Source of the DNA: Octopus sinensis
Taxonomy: Eukaryota
Assembly: GCF_006345805.1 (NCBI RefSeq)
Contig: NC_043004.1
Coordinates: 53,382,001-53,446,000 of the forward strand
Reading direction: 5' to 3'
Length of the DNA: 64,000 nt
This document shows, in pieces, positions 1 through 11,883 of the stretch. Both the position numbers and the translations under genes were made by a program. Positions within the stretch are counted from its first letter, which is position 1. The number at the start of each line of letters is the position of its first letter. Under the pieces are notes generated by a model. The model ran no database searches, had not been told where the DNA came from, and was given only the letters and a program-made list of their open reading frames with translations.

Positions 1-314
1 ATTTGAGTGGTCAGTAATATATGTTGGCAGATCATCTCTTGTAAATATAAAACATCAAGATCAACAATAAACCCCCACCCAAACCTCGCAAACAATAACT
101 ATATAAATATATATGTATGTACGTATGCGTGTGCGTGTGTAGAAATGTTCGCCCCCGGATGCGAACACCTTTCAACTTGGACAATTGTTGAGATGTTTTC
201 CTACATTACTTATCACGAAACCAATGGTAGCCTTAATTCTCAAATAAAAAAATTATATCCACCAATGCGGTATTGAACACTCACTTTCATCGTTTGATGA
301 TTAAGTATATGTGC

Positions 315-660
<346 letters not shown>

Positions 661-843
661 TATTGTTAGAGAGAGAGTGCGTGTGTTGTCGTGTATGTAT
701 GGCAGAGAGAGAGGGGGGAGTGATAGGGAAAATTTTATTGCCTATTTCTTGTATTCTTTTTAGTGTGTTTGACAGAGAGGGAAAGAGAAAAAGGTGTTGT
801 CAGAGAGAGAGAGAGACAGAAACAGAGACAGATGTGTCTTGCT

Positions 844-908
<65 letters not shown>

Positions 909-1315
909 CGTAAATTTTATTTATTTATTTAGTTTTTCTTGCATCTTTTTTAGTGAGTGAGTGTGTGAGTATTTGACTGAGAGCGACAGGGTTCTTGTCA
1001 TGTGTGTGTAAAATGGCTACTGATTTTCTTAAATGTACATTTCCACTCACAAAAATAAATAAATAAATGAAATTACGGAATCTACCGTCAGATAACAGCT
1101 AGTTGCGCGCACACGCCTTCAAGTTAAAACGAAAGATCACCGATAAACTCCATAAATTTTGAAGTTCAATATTCCCGTAGGATAAGTTAGAGATATTGCC
1201 ATGAGTTATTTTAATAATTCTTCCTAGCTCTCCTATACGACCCTTTTTTTTGTATTTAGGGCGGTATAATAGCTTCACTTTTCATAAGACTACAGTTCCA
1301 CTTTTATTCTTACTG

Positions 1316-1413
<98 letters not shown>

Positions 1414-1509
1414 TGTGTGTGTGTGTGTGTGCGTGTGTGTGATTGAATTTGAGTTTCCTCTATGCAGGGCCAAGCTGCTGGATCAGTATGTACCAAATGT
1501 GGCTATCTA

Positions 1510-1689
1510 GAAATTACATCGGCTTTCTTTTTTGACTTTAGAGGTAAACGATTTTGAAACGATTTGTAATTGTGATAATGAAACAAGAACTTTAAAGAAA
1601 AAGAAAAGATCGTTTAACGTTTCCGGTAGACGCTCTTCTTCGGAAACAGAGGAAAGCATAATGGAAAAGAAGACAAAGGAAGAAAATCG

Positions 1690-1690
<1 letters not shown>
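1510..1690 (-). mobile_element. Penelope-like pseudo-LTR remnant with degenerate hammerhead motif (1612-1647)
   Basis: Minus strand GTTT-CCGAAGAA-GAGCGTCTACCG-GAAACGTT-AAAC: stem I GUUU/AAAC, palindromic stem III ACGU, damaged stem II; same family as 21183-21217. Confidence 0.6.
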
Positions 1691-1726
<36 letters not shown>

Positions 1727-1729
<3 letters not shown>

Positions 1730-1884
1730 GACGGGCTTTTTCAGTTTCTGTCCACCAAATCCGCTCACAAATCTTCGGTCGGCCCGAGGCTATAGATGAA
1801 GACACCTGCCCGAGGTGACACAAAGTGAAACTGAACCCGGAACCATTTGACTGGTAAGCAAGCTTCTAACTGCACAGCCACTCC
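1727..1884 (-). mobile_element. tRNA-derived SINE family A, 5' half
   Basis: Reverse complement GGAGTGGCTGTGCAG...GGTTCCGGGTTCAGTTTCAC... matches copies at 15527, 20718, 29335 and 45430-45580. Confidence 0.85.
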
Positions 1885-2230
1885 AATTTACATACAGAAG
1901 TATCACTCATTAGAGAGTTGAAGATATATTTGTTGAAGAACACGTTGACCTAGCTCCTATTTATTAGTATATATATATATATATATATATACATATAGAA
2001 TCTTACTCATTTTTTCTTGTTACTAGTCTCAATGATTTGACTGTGGGTACGTTGGAGCGCCGCTTTAGAGGGCGTTAGTCGAAGAATTCGACCCCAGGAC
2101 TTATTCTTTCTAAGCCTAGTACTATTTTATCGGTCTCTTCTACCTAACCGCTAATTAACGGGGTCATAAACACATCAGTCCGAGTTGTAAACCGATAATG
2201 GGGGAGGGGAATAAACACAGACACACACAA

Positions 2231-2262
<32 letters not shown>

Positions 2263-2385
2263 ATACGACGGGCTTCTTAAATTTCTGTCTACCAAATCCT
2301 CTCACAAGTATTTGGTCGGCACGTGCCCGAGGTTACACGCAGTGGGACTGTACCCGGAATCATGTGGTTGGGAAGCAAGCTTCTT

Positions 2386-4822
2386 TATTTCATTACATTT
2401 GCCATGAAGGCAGTACATAGAGTAAAGTAGCTTTGCGGGCTGGACGAGGACATTAATGAAATGAATGATAATGAAAGAAAGATTATAAGGATGGGAGAAG
2501 ACAAAAAGCGCACGCCGACTTCTGCTTCTCTAAAATATTGTTCTTTAAAACCAAACACAAAACGAGGTATTAAACCTCTTACAACTTTTACAACTTTTCA
2601 ATTTTTGGACTTCACAGTCCATTACAAACAACAACATAATTCAATAATTACATATAATATAAATACAATACACAAAGACCCTCCTCCCAGACCTGGCTTA
2701 CACTTCCCTTAGGAATGCGCCAATTCAAGGTCGGGGCCCCTCAAGTCGTATCTAAACATGTCCTATCAAACTTTAAAAATATATTATCCCTTCTCCCTTC
2801 CTCCTCTTTCCGGACCCCCAGTCAAATATCTAGCCGCCTGCAGAGAAGACCACGTTGACAGCCGGGGAGTTCAGAAAGAAAGCGAAGTGTCTATTATCAA
2901 ATGTTTGTGTCACACAGTGCCACAATTTATGACTCATCCTCAAAATAACTTGTGCGCGCATCCTCTGCCATCCTCCACGCCTCTTCCAAAACCACATCGA
3001 GTTCCGTGTTAGCGTTGCCCGGGAACAAGCGATATTCCTCATTGCTTCAGCTCAAACGTCACGTCGAACGTCGTGGTCTCCACAGCTATCTGCGGAGGCC
3101 ATTCGGGGTCCTGTGTGAAGGCTGAAGGTGATCCCTTATGGTGCTTTTCCATCACCTTTTCAATCTCTCCGGCTCTATGGAAGAAGATCAATATATCGTC
3201 TTTCCCGGGGGCGGGTTATTCAATTCTTTCATTGGCGGCACAGTTCCCGCCAACGGTGTTTCTTCTCCTGTCAGTGGCACAACCCCAACCGACGTAGTTC
3301 CGGGACATTCCGGTACTATGTCACCGACTGCCGGCAATGTCCCGTTCCTCTTCCCCTTCCTCTTCCTCTTATTTCTCTTTTCAACTGAGGGAAGGTGCGT
3401 CTCCTCCGTGGCCGGAAGATTCGCCTTTCCCTCCTCATCCCTAGGATCCTTTGGTGAGCACCCATTGTTGCTCACTTTCTTCCTCTTTCAGCCCCTGTTC
3501 GAGGAGTCCTCCGCTTCCTCGGCCGTCTTCATTCCCTCTTCTACAGGGGTCTCACTTAACTGCTTCGGGATCTTATTTTGTTCCCCGGGACAGTTTTTCT
3601 TTATATGGCCGGACTCCAGGCACCGATGACACCTGGGGGTGCGACCCACAGGTATCACCGGGTACCTGTACCCGGCCATTTTCAAAAAATCTGGAAAGAC
3701 CAGATTGGTTGATTGTGTCCAAAGGGTCAAAATTGCTTTTGACCCAACCCAAACAGCCGCAGAAAGAACTTTCACATTCAGGAGCTTGGTCCCGCTGCCA
3801 CCCAGATCCCGGCGGATAGTCTCCTCTATCCACTAGGCTTTTATCCCGGCTGGCAGCCCGCAGATCAAAGCTTTCGTCAACCTCTTCCCATGATACGTGG
3901 GTAGAAATAAAATTTCCTTACCCTCCAGGGCTTGACTAGCAAATTTGCGAGCCTCTTCAGGGGTGTCAAATAGCAACCACACCGTTGCATATCTGACACC
4001 CCTGGAAATGAATATAATTGTTGGCAAATACTCTGCCAACTCCTTTTCAATTGTCGTCTTTTCGAATAGGGCGATGGGGTCGAGTGCCTTGGAGTAGGTT
4101 CTCAACACCACCATCCTATCTTCACGGTCTTTTAACCACTTTTTAGGCGGTATAATCTCCCATTACAAAATTTTGTCATGTTTCATTGCCATGTTTCTTT
4201 TCTTTTTTTTTTAAATATATTCAAAATAAAACTTAAAAAGCGAGAAGAAAAAAGAAATTAAAAGAAAGTCACAATAAACAAAAAGGAGAAAGTCAAATAA
4301 AGTTTAGAAGAAAGTCAATAGTTCAGGAACACAGCAAAAAATCTTCCGGCCATTCGGTAATCCCGGCCTAGTTTGAACCCGGAACGCCACAACTGGAACA
4401 CAACTTCCACAAAAATTGATATACAAATTGTTCAATCTTCGGAGGCAAAACACTCCCCCATACAGCAGTTCTCACAATTATTAAAGTTCTTCAAAAGGCA
4501 CAATACAAGCAATAATTCTCATAATTAAGTGAGAAAAATATTCACTCAACGTAAACCGAAGACGAGGATACGCCCACCAAAAACGAATCCAATTGATTCT
4601 CAATGCACAAAAACAGCAGCCGCCGAGAGCAGGCGAAATTGTCCCAGAGCTGAGCACAATTTACTGAAAAAATAATTCGCACGCAATAAATTATGCCCAG
4701 CTCACAATAAACAAAATCACCTACCTCGACACCTTCTCTGTTCTTTTTTTCTTTTTAAGACGGAGCTCAACGCTCACGTCCTCACCGTTCTGTGTCAAGA
4801 AGTCGACTCCACGACCGGAACC
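2386..4822 (-). mobile_element. ORF1-only (RT-less) Tx1/L1-type non-autonomous retroposon, HAL1-like architecture
   Basis: 15-bp TSD GGAAGCAAGCTTCTT at 2371-2385 and 4823-4837; 5' end GGTTCCGGTCGTGG; one ORF1-like frame with a CCHC knuckle; ~540-bp 3' UTR ending GAAATA|AAGAAG; no endonuclease or RT sequence. Confidence 0.8.
2927..4192 (-). pseudogene. Tx1-like ORF1 (gag-like nucleic-acid-binding protein, CX2CX4HX4C knuckle), disrupted
   Basis: ATG at 4192 is in frame with ORFs 3833-4114, 3488-3775 and 3188-3475 (stops at ~4163, 3833, 3488, 3188). CHRCLESGHIKKNC knuckle; FDTPEEARKFASQAL..PTYHGKRLTKALICGL aligns with FQNEELAKKFSTITL..PSYLGQKVTKVIISGV of ORF1 at 50370-51155. The 3' end is approximate. 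Confidence 0.8.
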
Positions 4823-4866
4823 GGAAGCAAGCTTCTTATTACACAGCTACTCCTTCCCATATATAC

Positions 4867-5326
4867 CGTGAAGTATATTTGCTACCTAAATGTTGCTGAC
4901 CGATATGGGACGAGGCTACTGCAGTTTATAGCCCTAGAAAGACAATTCCTCCAGCTGGCTATTGACACACTGTCTGTGCCCGATCAGTATTTGCGAAGGG
5001 AAATCATCGTTCCCATCTCTAACCTGGCGTGATACATAGGGACCCGGGTTTCTGGGTGGTAATCTGCCATCAGCGTGAGAATCACCGGCTAGAGATGAGA
5101 AGTGATTCTGGACGCAAAATACTCTATGCCTATTCCAGTGACAAGCCGTTGCTAATCACGAAAAAAGAGAAAGAAGCAATAATAAATCTCTGAGCGAGAT
5201 ATAAACAGTAGCAGCACGACATCGTGAAGTATATTTGCCACCTAAATGTGGCTGACTCATATGGGACGATGCTACTGTAATTTTTAGCCCCAAGAAGAAC
5301 TCCTCCAGCTGGCTAAGAACACACTG
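4867..5326. repeat. ~356-bp unit with ~105-bp terminal direct repeats (4867-4972, 5223-5326)
   Basis: CGTGAAGTATATTTGC.ACCTAAATGT.GCTGAC..ATATGGGACGA.GCTACTG...CCTCCAGCTGGCT...ACACACTG occurs twice, 356 bp apart. Confidence 0.8.
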
Positions 5327-5760
5327 CCTGATATATAATATATATATATAATAAACTAGTTATTTCTCTATTTAACTACATCCCACATAGGTTATTCAAG
5401 TATTTTATATAAAGCAGAAAACATAAATAATTTAAGAAGTTACATACACACCTTTCATTTTATATCTGTTTTGTCTATAATTTTTTTGCGTAGTTCCAGT
5501 TCAGAGGTTTCGGTCCCTAACTATTTGTGATTGTTTCGTATTGTTTTGGGCAGAAAAATACATAAATACAGACTCACATGTATTTATTTATATACACACC
5601 CATACAGCTCTAATTCCGGCCTCTCATTATTCATATATTCACCTATTTGCAAGCACATAGTATGCACAAACAAACACATGCACACAAATACAGCTACACA
5701 CATACGAACATTCGCACGCAAACAAACACTGACACACACACACGCACACAGATATGTATA

Positions 5761-5835
<75 letters not shown>

Positions 5836-5866
5836 GAATATATATATGTAAATATATATATGTATG

Positions 5867-5918
<52 letters not shown>

Positions 5919-6898
5919 TACAATACTTATAACGTTCGCAAATTTGTTTTTCTTTCACACAATATTTAATCAACTCGCTCGTATATTTAGTTGGATTAAC
6001 ACTCTATCCTCTTTACTAACAAAAACTGACGCTATTGACATGTGTCCTTATCAGTATTCAACTAACACAAAGACCAGGAGACAAGATGTCAGCCAACTAA
6101 GGAGAAACTGTTCAAACAAATCGGAAGTCATCCATTTTGTTTCTAAATCAAATAATGTTTGCGTAGAAAAAAGATTTGCTTTGTCATTTTATAAAAAGGA
6201 ACATGAACTATTTTACTTTTTCGCATTTTCTTTTTTATTACTCTTTGTGAATGTATATTTTTTTAACTTTCACATCAGATTAAATAAACGACGTTCTTTA
6301 AGCAATTCTTCATCCAAAGTTCGATTTCTGCTTGAATTATTTCCTGTCGTTTACTGTTCGAGTTTTTATGTTTAACTCTTTAAAGAGATGTTTACAATAA
6401 AAAAGCTTTACCCAATTCTCGGTATTATAGCATAGACAAGGGGACTCATATTGAGTCATAAGTCCTCATGACTTACTTTAAAGTGGCGTTAACTGAAAAG
6501 CTTAAAGTGGCGACTGATGTCTTGCAAAACATACTAACTTACATTATTTATCCCAGCCCCTTACTTCCTAAGTTCATATGTCTCCCACTTGGCTTTTCGT
6601 CCATTTGAAGCCGAAAAAATATAACAGCAATCATTTGTCGAGATCAACAGCGTCGATTTAACTCACTCTGTCGGATTTCAGGCGTTCTGCTTCGGCTACC
6701 GACGTTCATGATTAATCAGTTGAGACACAGTATTGCCAGAGCAGCCATTATATATATTTTTTTCTGGATCTTATCCTGTGCACATTAATTTTAGCTCTCA
6801 TCCGTCTGAGGTCGATAAAATAAAGTACTAGTAAAGTAGAGATATGAATGAAATCAAATAGTACATGCATTAAAATGTTGCTTGATTTGTGATTACAA

Positions 6899-6942
<44 letters not shown>

Positions 6943-6954
6943 TATATTATTATT

Positions 6955-7370
6955 TTTCCTTCTTCAAATTTTCTTCCGTTTCTCGCCGAGTGTTTTCCAT
7001 ACACCTAGGGCAGAGAAGCTCATTGTATGCATTCCCAGTTTACACACGCAAATTCACAGGTAAAATATATATTTAAAAATTTAATAAATAAATAACTTCA
7101 TGAATGGATGTTGTTTTCACAGCGATAATGCTCTTCTCAGTACATGAGCCGTTCCAGTTAACATGATTTTTTGCACTTCCTGTGGGGATTGTAAGCCTGG
7201 TATCAATTACAAATAGGTTTTGGTACATTTTTTATCATTCCTAAAGATCCTACAATCACTGGTACTGTAGTCGCCTTGAGATGCCACATTTTTTCAATTT
7301 CTATTAGCATGTCTTTATATTTACTAATTTTGTCAAATTCTTTCGCCGCTATATTGTGATCGCAAGTTGT
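6955..7370 (-). mobile_element. R4/Dong-type LINE 3' fragment (subfamily B)
   Basis: Minus-strand RLE C-terminus (..KFDKISKYKDMLIEIEKMWHLKATTVPVIVGSLGMI..) plus 3' UTR ending in (AAT)n. Confidence 0.8.
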
Positions 7371-7399
7371 TGTTGTTGTTGTTATTATTATTATTATTA

Positions 7400-7447
<48 letters not shown>

Positions 7448-7483
7448 CATCATCATCATCATCATCATCATTATTATTATTAT

Positions 7484-8038
7484 TGAGTGAGAGAGCAGTT
7501 CATGCCATCAAAGTGACACTGGGGTGAAATATACGAAGCCCAATATACCCATCATGACTACCCGTCTGATAAGGGTACACCAGGCACATGCATCACAACC
7601 ATATGTGCGCGACATGGTGATCTCATATCAAGATAAACAGCACATGACCTTGCAGTTGGGGCCCAGTTAGAATTTTCTTCAGGTTGAGTTGCCCATCCCG
7701 CTCAAAAGGTCCCTGAATAAGGGTTGTTTAAGGATGTTGAAAGAACCACCCATGTTTCCAGAGGTGAATTATTCAAACTCCAAAGAATCCCTCTCAACAC
7801 ATGGCTATGATGCTCCCCCACTACTTCTGCTCGTGATCAGAGATGCACACATCGTCAGCCACTAAGGGACATGCTCAACTGGTTAAAGTCAAACAACTGA
7901 CAAGCAAATCTGTGGTATTGAGCAGAATATTTGCTGTAGCCCATCTTTTATACCAAGACAAAACAATGTACATGATAACACTTCCAATCAGTTAAGATCA
8001 GAAGCCATGAGAGCCACTGCCTGGTACTGCATCAGGGC

Positions 8039-8041
<3 letters not shown>
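7484..8041 (-). mobile_element. ~550-bp non-coding interspersed element embedded in (TAA)n
   Basis: Homologous to 60805-61343 (+) and 61393-61561 (+); flanked on both sides by TAA-type repeats; no ORF and no tRNA head. Confidence 0.8.
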
Positions 8042-8098
<57 letters not shown>

Positions 8099-8104
8099 TA
8101 CTAT

Positions 8105-8189
<85 letters not shown>

Positions 8190-8289
8190 GTTGTTGTTAT
8201 TATTATTATTATTATTATTATTGTTGTTATTATTATTATTATTATTTTTGTTGTTGTTGTTGTTGTTGTTGTCATCATTATCATTATTA

Positions 8290-11200
8290 GCTTCTTAAAA
8301 ATTGTCTTTCCATTTCTTGCCGAGTGTCTTCCCAACACCTAGGGCAAAGAAACTCACTGTATGAGGGGATACCCAAATTTAACCGGAAACGTTGTCTGTG
8401 CGTGAAACCCGTTGTAGTTCTGGCTTACACCGCAAAAAACAACTTGATGTGACCCTCAGGCATCAGGCTGCCAATTGGCGTCGTCGTGTGTAGTTCTACT
8501 GCCATGTAGTGCGTTTTTGCTTTATAGTGCTTCTCCCCTGTTCGTCGAATTTTGCGATGAATGAAACAAAAGAACAGCGTGCTTCAGTGAAATCCTGATT
8601 TCTACTGGGGAAAACGGCAGACGAAGTTTCATGCTTCAAATAGGCTAGAAGGACGATGCCGTGACCAACACACAAGTTTAGGAGTGGTTTCCACATCTTA
8701 TTAATGGTGACTCGTCACTTGAAGTCCAACCTCGTTCAGGACGACCGTCAACCTCCCGAACGAATGTAAACATCACAGAAACTCCTGGACTGGTCCATAA
8801 GGACCGTCGCCGAACAACCAACGAACATGTTGGTATGGTTGGTGTCCTGGAACTACTACCAATGAATTTTGAGCGAGGAATTGCGAGTGAAAAGTATTGC
8901 AGCAAAATGTGTGCCTCGCTTGATCACGGAAAATCAAAAGCAGTCATGACTGAACTGAAAAAGCAATTGGAAGTTGATCCAGACCTTTTTTCGCAGGTCA
9001 TCAGTGGTGACGAAAGCAGATACTACGGAATTTTCAGATGTGGAAGAGCTGAAGAAACAAACGACGGATGTGTTAAAAGGCGTCACTTCCAGCACTGCTT
9101 CGAATAGTAGAAAATGCGCCTGGACCAGTATATTGCTTCAAATGGGAAAGACTTTGAAGGTTATAAAGGTATAAACATGTAAAACTACGCGAATATTATA
9201 ATATCGCCAAATTTCGGATACATTGATAGACCATTAAAATAAACACTTCATGTTGTTCATTTACAAAGTCGTGTGATAGAAAAAAAATGGAAGAAAGACA
9301 AAGAAAAGAAGGAAAGAAAAGTGAAAATGGAATAAAAAAAAACAAAGAAAATAATGAGGAACAGGAAAGAAAATTCACAGTGACAATGCTCTTCTCAATA
9401 CATGTGATGTGACAGTTAAGACACTTTTTTGCACTTCCTGCATGGATGGTAAACTAGGGATCATCCAGAAATAGTTTTCAGTTCCGTGTTTGATCAGCCC
9501 AAGTGCTCCTAGAATTACTGGTATTGTAACCGTCTTTCGATTTCCATCGGGTGATCTTTATATTTTTTGAGCTTATCAAATTCTTTTGCCGAGATATTAT
9601 GATCACAAGGTATGCTCACACCAATCAATGGAGAGATTTTATTGTGATCTTTCAAAAAATCTTCTGATTTACCAGATTTGACGGTCCGCTATGTACAGAC
9701 TGGAAAGTCCTGAAGAACTGTTATATTTACTCTCTTTCTTACAGCCTCAGGATGGTGCTTGTACCGGTTTTCAGAAGTTTTGATTTCATAATACTGACAT
9801 ATAAAGTGTAGATTTTAACCAACTCTGTCATCTCTAGATTTATCCTCTATGGGTGCTAAGAGCTTACACCCAGAAATTAGGTGGTCCGCTGTTTCAATTT
9901 CTTCGTTGCAGTATCGGCACTTTAGGTCTACTCCATTTTCATCAAATTGGCTTGATAGTTCCGGGTCAATAAGCTCTAATCTTGGGCAGCTAAGATAACA
10001 AATCCGCCCTATGACTTTAGCCCTAAGCTCCGTAGCCACTGATAAGTATACATCAACTAGCTTGCTACAGGCCACATATTTACCATGTAGATGTTTTTGC
10101 TCCTATCTATCAGCCAATTTTTCAAACGCTTTTCTGCTTTGCTATTGATTTCAACATTTTTGCAACATCTGTTGCCGCACTCCCGTCATGATGTTCAATC
10201 TGGATATTATACGTTAACTCAGTAAATTGTTTGCCCTCTTTCATGACAGAATGAAGCTTCTTACTTGCTCGTGCTTTTTAATATCTAGTCCTTAGTTATT
10301 TCAAGATATTTGGCCTGTCCAACTGTGGTGACTTTGTAAGAGATTTCAAACTGAACTAAGACTAGATCTACTTGGGTTCTGGGAAGATAAAGGCAATCTA
10401 CGTCTGCCTTGGGGGGGGGTGCATCTTATCGCAAATCAGCAGCTTACGGATTTTCCTGTCAATCTTCCTTATTTCACTCATCTTTACATTGCAACTGTAA
10501 GTAACAACATTAACTATTAACGAATTTCTTGTTAACACCTTGTTATGTGCATTTAACGCGGATTTTATGATTGCTCGAACTCTCTTGTAACATTCATTCG
10601 TGATCTTCTCTTTCATACAAGCAGGCTGAATGACAGAGCCTTCATATATTCTTAGGTGTTTGTAAGTTTGTTCCTGCTCAAGTTCTTGTATGATTGTCTC
10701 AACATCTCACACAATGATGAATATGACGTCCTCAATTTCCCTTTCTGGAAAGTGGCCTTGGCACATTCATTGAATCCAAATTCCATCCTGATTGAGTTTT
10801 AAGTCATCCATATAAAATAGATAGCTCATTTTCACGTCGTCAATTTTATATCCATACCCTGTTCTGTTAGGTTCACTTGTAAGGGGTACTTACAAGTGAA
10901 GGGGTACACCAGCAAAACTAAGAGGCGAAAGAGAATCACCTTGGAAAATGCCACAATTGATATTGATATATTTTGTATTCAGTACTCCATTAGAGTGGTA
11001 TAATTGGATATTCGCATTACATATTGACATGTGCTTCAGGAAGTTTTGAATCTCAATAATTTTGAAGACATCCAGTGCTTTCATACTGAAAGTTTGAAAT
11101 GGTCAATAGACAAGTTATGGGCCGGTAATTTTGAGGAAATTTGGTTTCGTTGTATTACCTCTTGTTAACCAATCAGGTGTTTTCTTAGAGTCCCATTGAA

Positions 11201-11700
11201 TAGCCGAACTAAATTTTAGTGTGCTCACTAGTAAGCCAGAAATTTGCACCCTATATTTACTAGGGGATTTCCACTTATGCTCCTTCGTGAGTGTCATTCT
11301 TTGGTTTCATGTTATGATGTCTTCCCAAGATTTCTAGTAATTTTGGTAGGATCATTCTGTGCGTGTGATCCAGTATTCATTTTCATTCCATATCTTTTCA
11401 TCACTCCAAATATTTTTCCAAAACTTTACAACTTCTTCCATGGCAGTGGAATCGTCAGCGGTTATTTTCTCCTTCCCTTATTTGTCTGTAGAATATTTCT
11501 GCATTGAATGTGGACAGCATATTTTGCTTGTAAAACTTGCTTCTCTTCTCATAACTTTGTATTATTTCACCTTTTGCTTGGACATTTTGTTGCAAAGTTT
11601 ATTTTATTGAAAGCAGTTCTACTCTTGGTTAGATGCTATATTTTTTCTTTCATCTTTCTTCATTTTCTGGATCTTGCATCTTTTCCACAAATTTGTTAAT
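8290..11700 (-). mobile_element. Old, degenerate R4/Dong-type LINE (subfamily B) with a nested mariner in its 3' UTR
   Basis: Fragments NINCGIFQGDSLSPL, YKRVRAIIKSALNAHNK, CRYCNEEIETADHLISGC; 3' UTR motif GCCGAGTGT..ACACCTAGGGCA shared with 6980-7010; ends in (AAT)n at ~8285. Confidence 0.75.
8362..9228 (+). mobile_element. Degraded, internally deleted mariner (DD34D type)
   Basis: TA+TGAGGGGATACCC left end; transposase remnant MNETKEQRASVK..PRSGRPSTSRTN..KDRRRT and FSQVISGDESRYY; right TIR degenerate, so the end is approximate. Confidence 0.75.
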
Positions 11701-11821
11701 TTAATATTGATATTTGACCTCTCACTATTTCAATCTCTTTTTCAATTTTCTCCAGTTTGGAATTCTTCCCAAGTTTGTATTTCTTTGTTGTTTTCATTAT
11801 TATTATAATTACATTAACAAC

Positions 11822-11882
<61 letters not shown>

Positions 11883-11883
<1 letters not shown>

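Larger units (their letters stand above)
2001..4853 (-). mobile_element. Full-length SINE family A (2001-2385 plus 4823-4853) split by a 2.4-kb insertion
   Basis: The SINE head ...CATGTGGTTG GGAAGCAAGCTTCTT is interrupted at 2385 and resumes GGAAGCAAGCTTCTT ATTACACAGCTACTCC at 4823-4853. Confidence 0.85.

Noticed and set aside
3138-3629. Plus-strand ORFs overlapping 3073-3836, and similar antisense ORFs at 47-52 kb
   Set aside because: Antisense shadows of the minus-strand retroelement ORFs.
5020-5162. HDV-like ribozyme suggested by GCTAA-TCACG pairing with CGTGA
   Set aside because: I could not place P1, P3, L3 and P1.1 in the required order.
5531-6375. Long ORFs made of YI, CV, HT, YLSI, poly-I or poly-M runs (also ~8.0, 16.3, 31, 39.2-40.3, 52-55 and 58.7-60.1 kb)
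   Set aside because: They are translations of stop-poor microsatellites, with no domain content.
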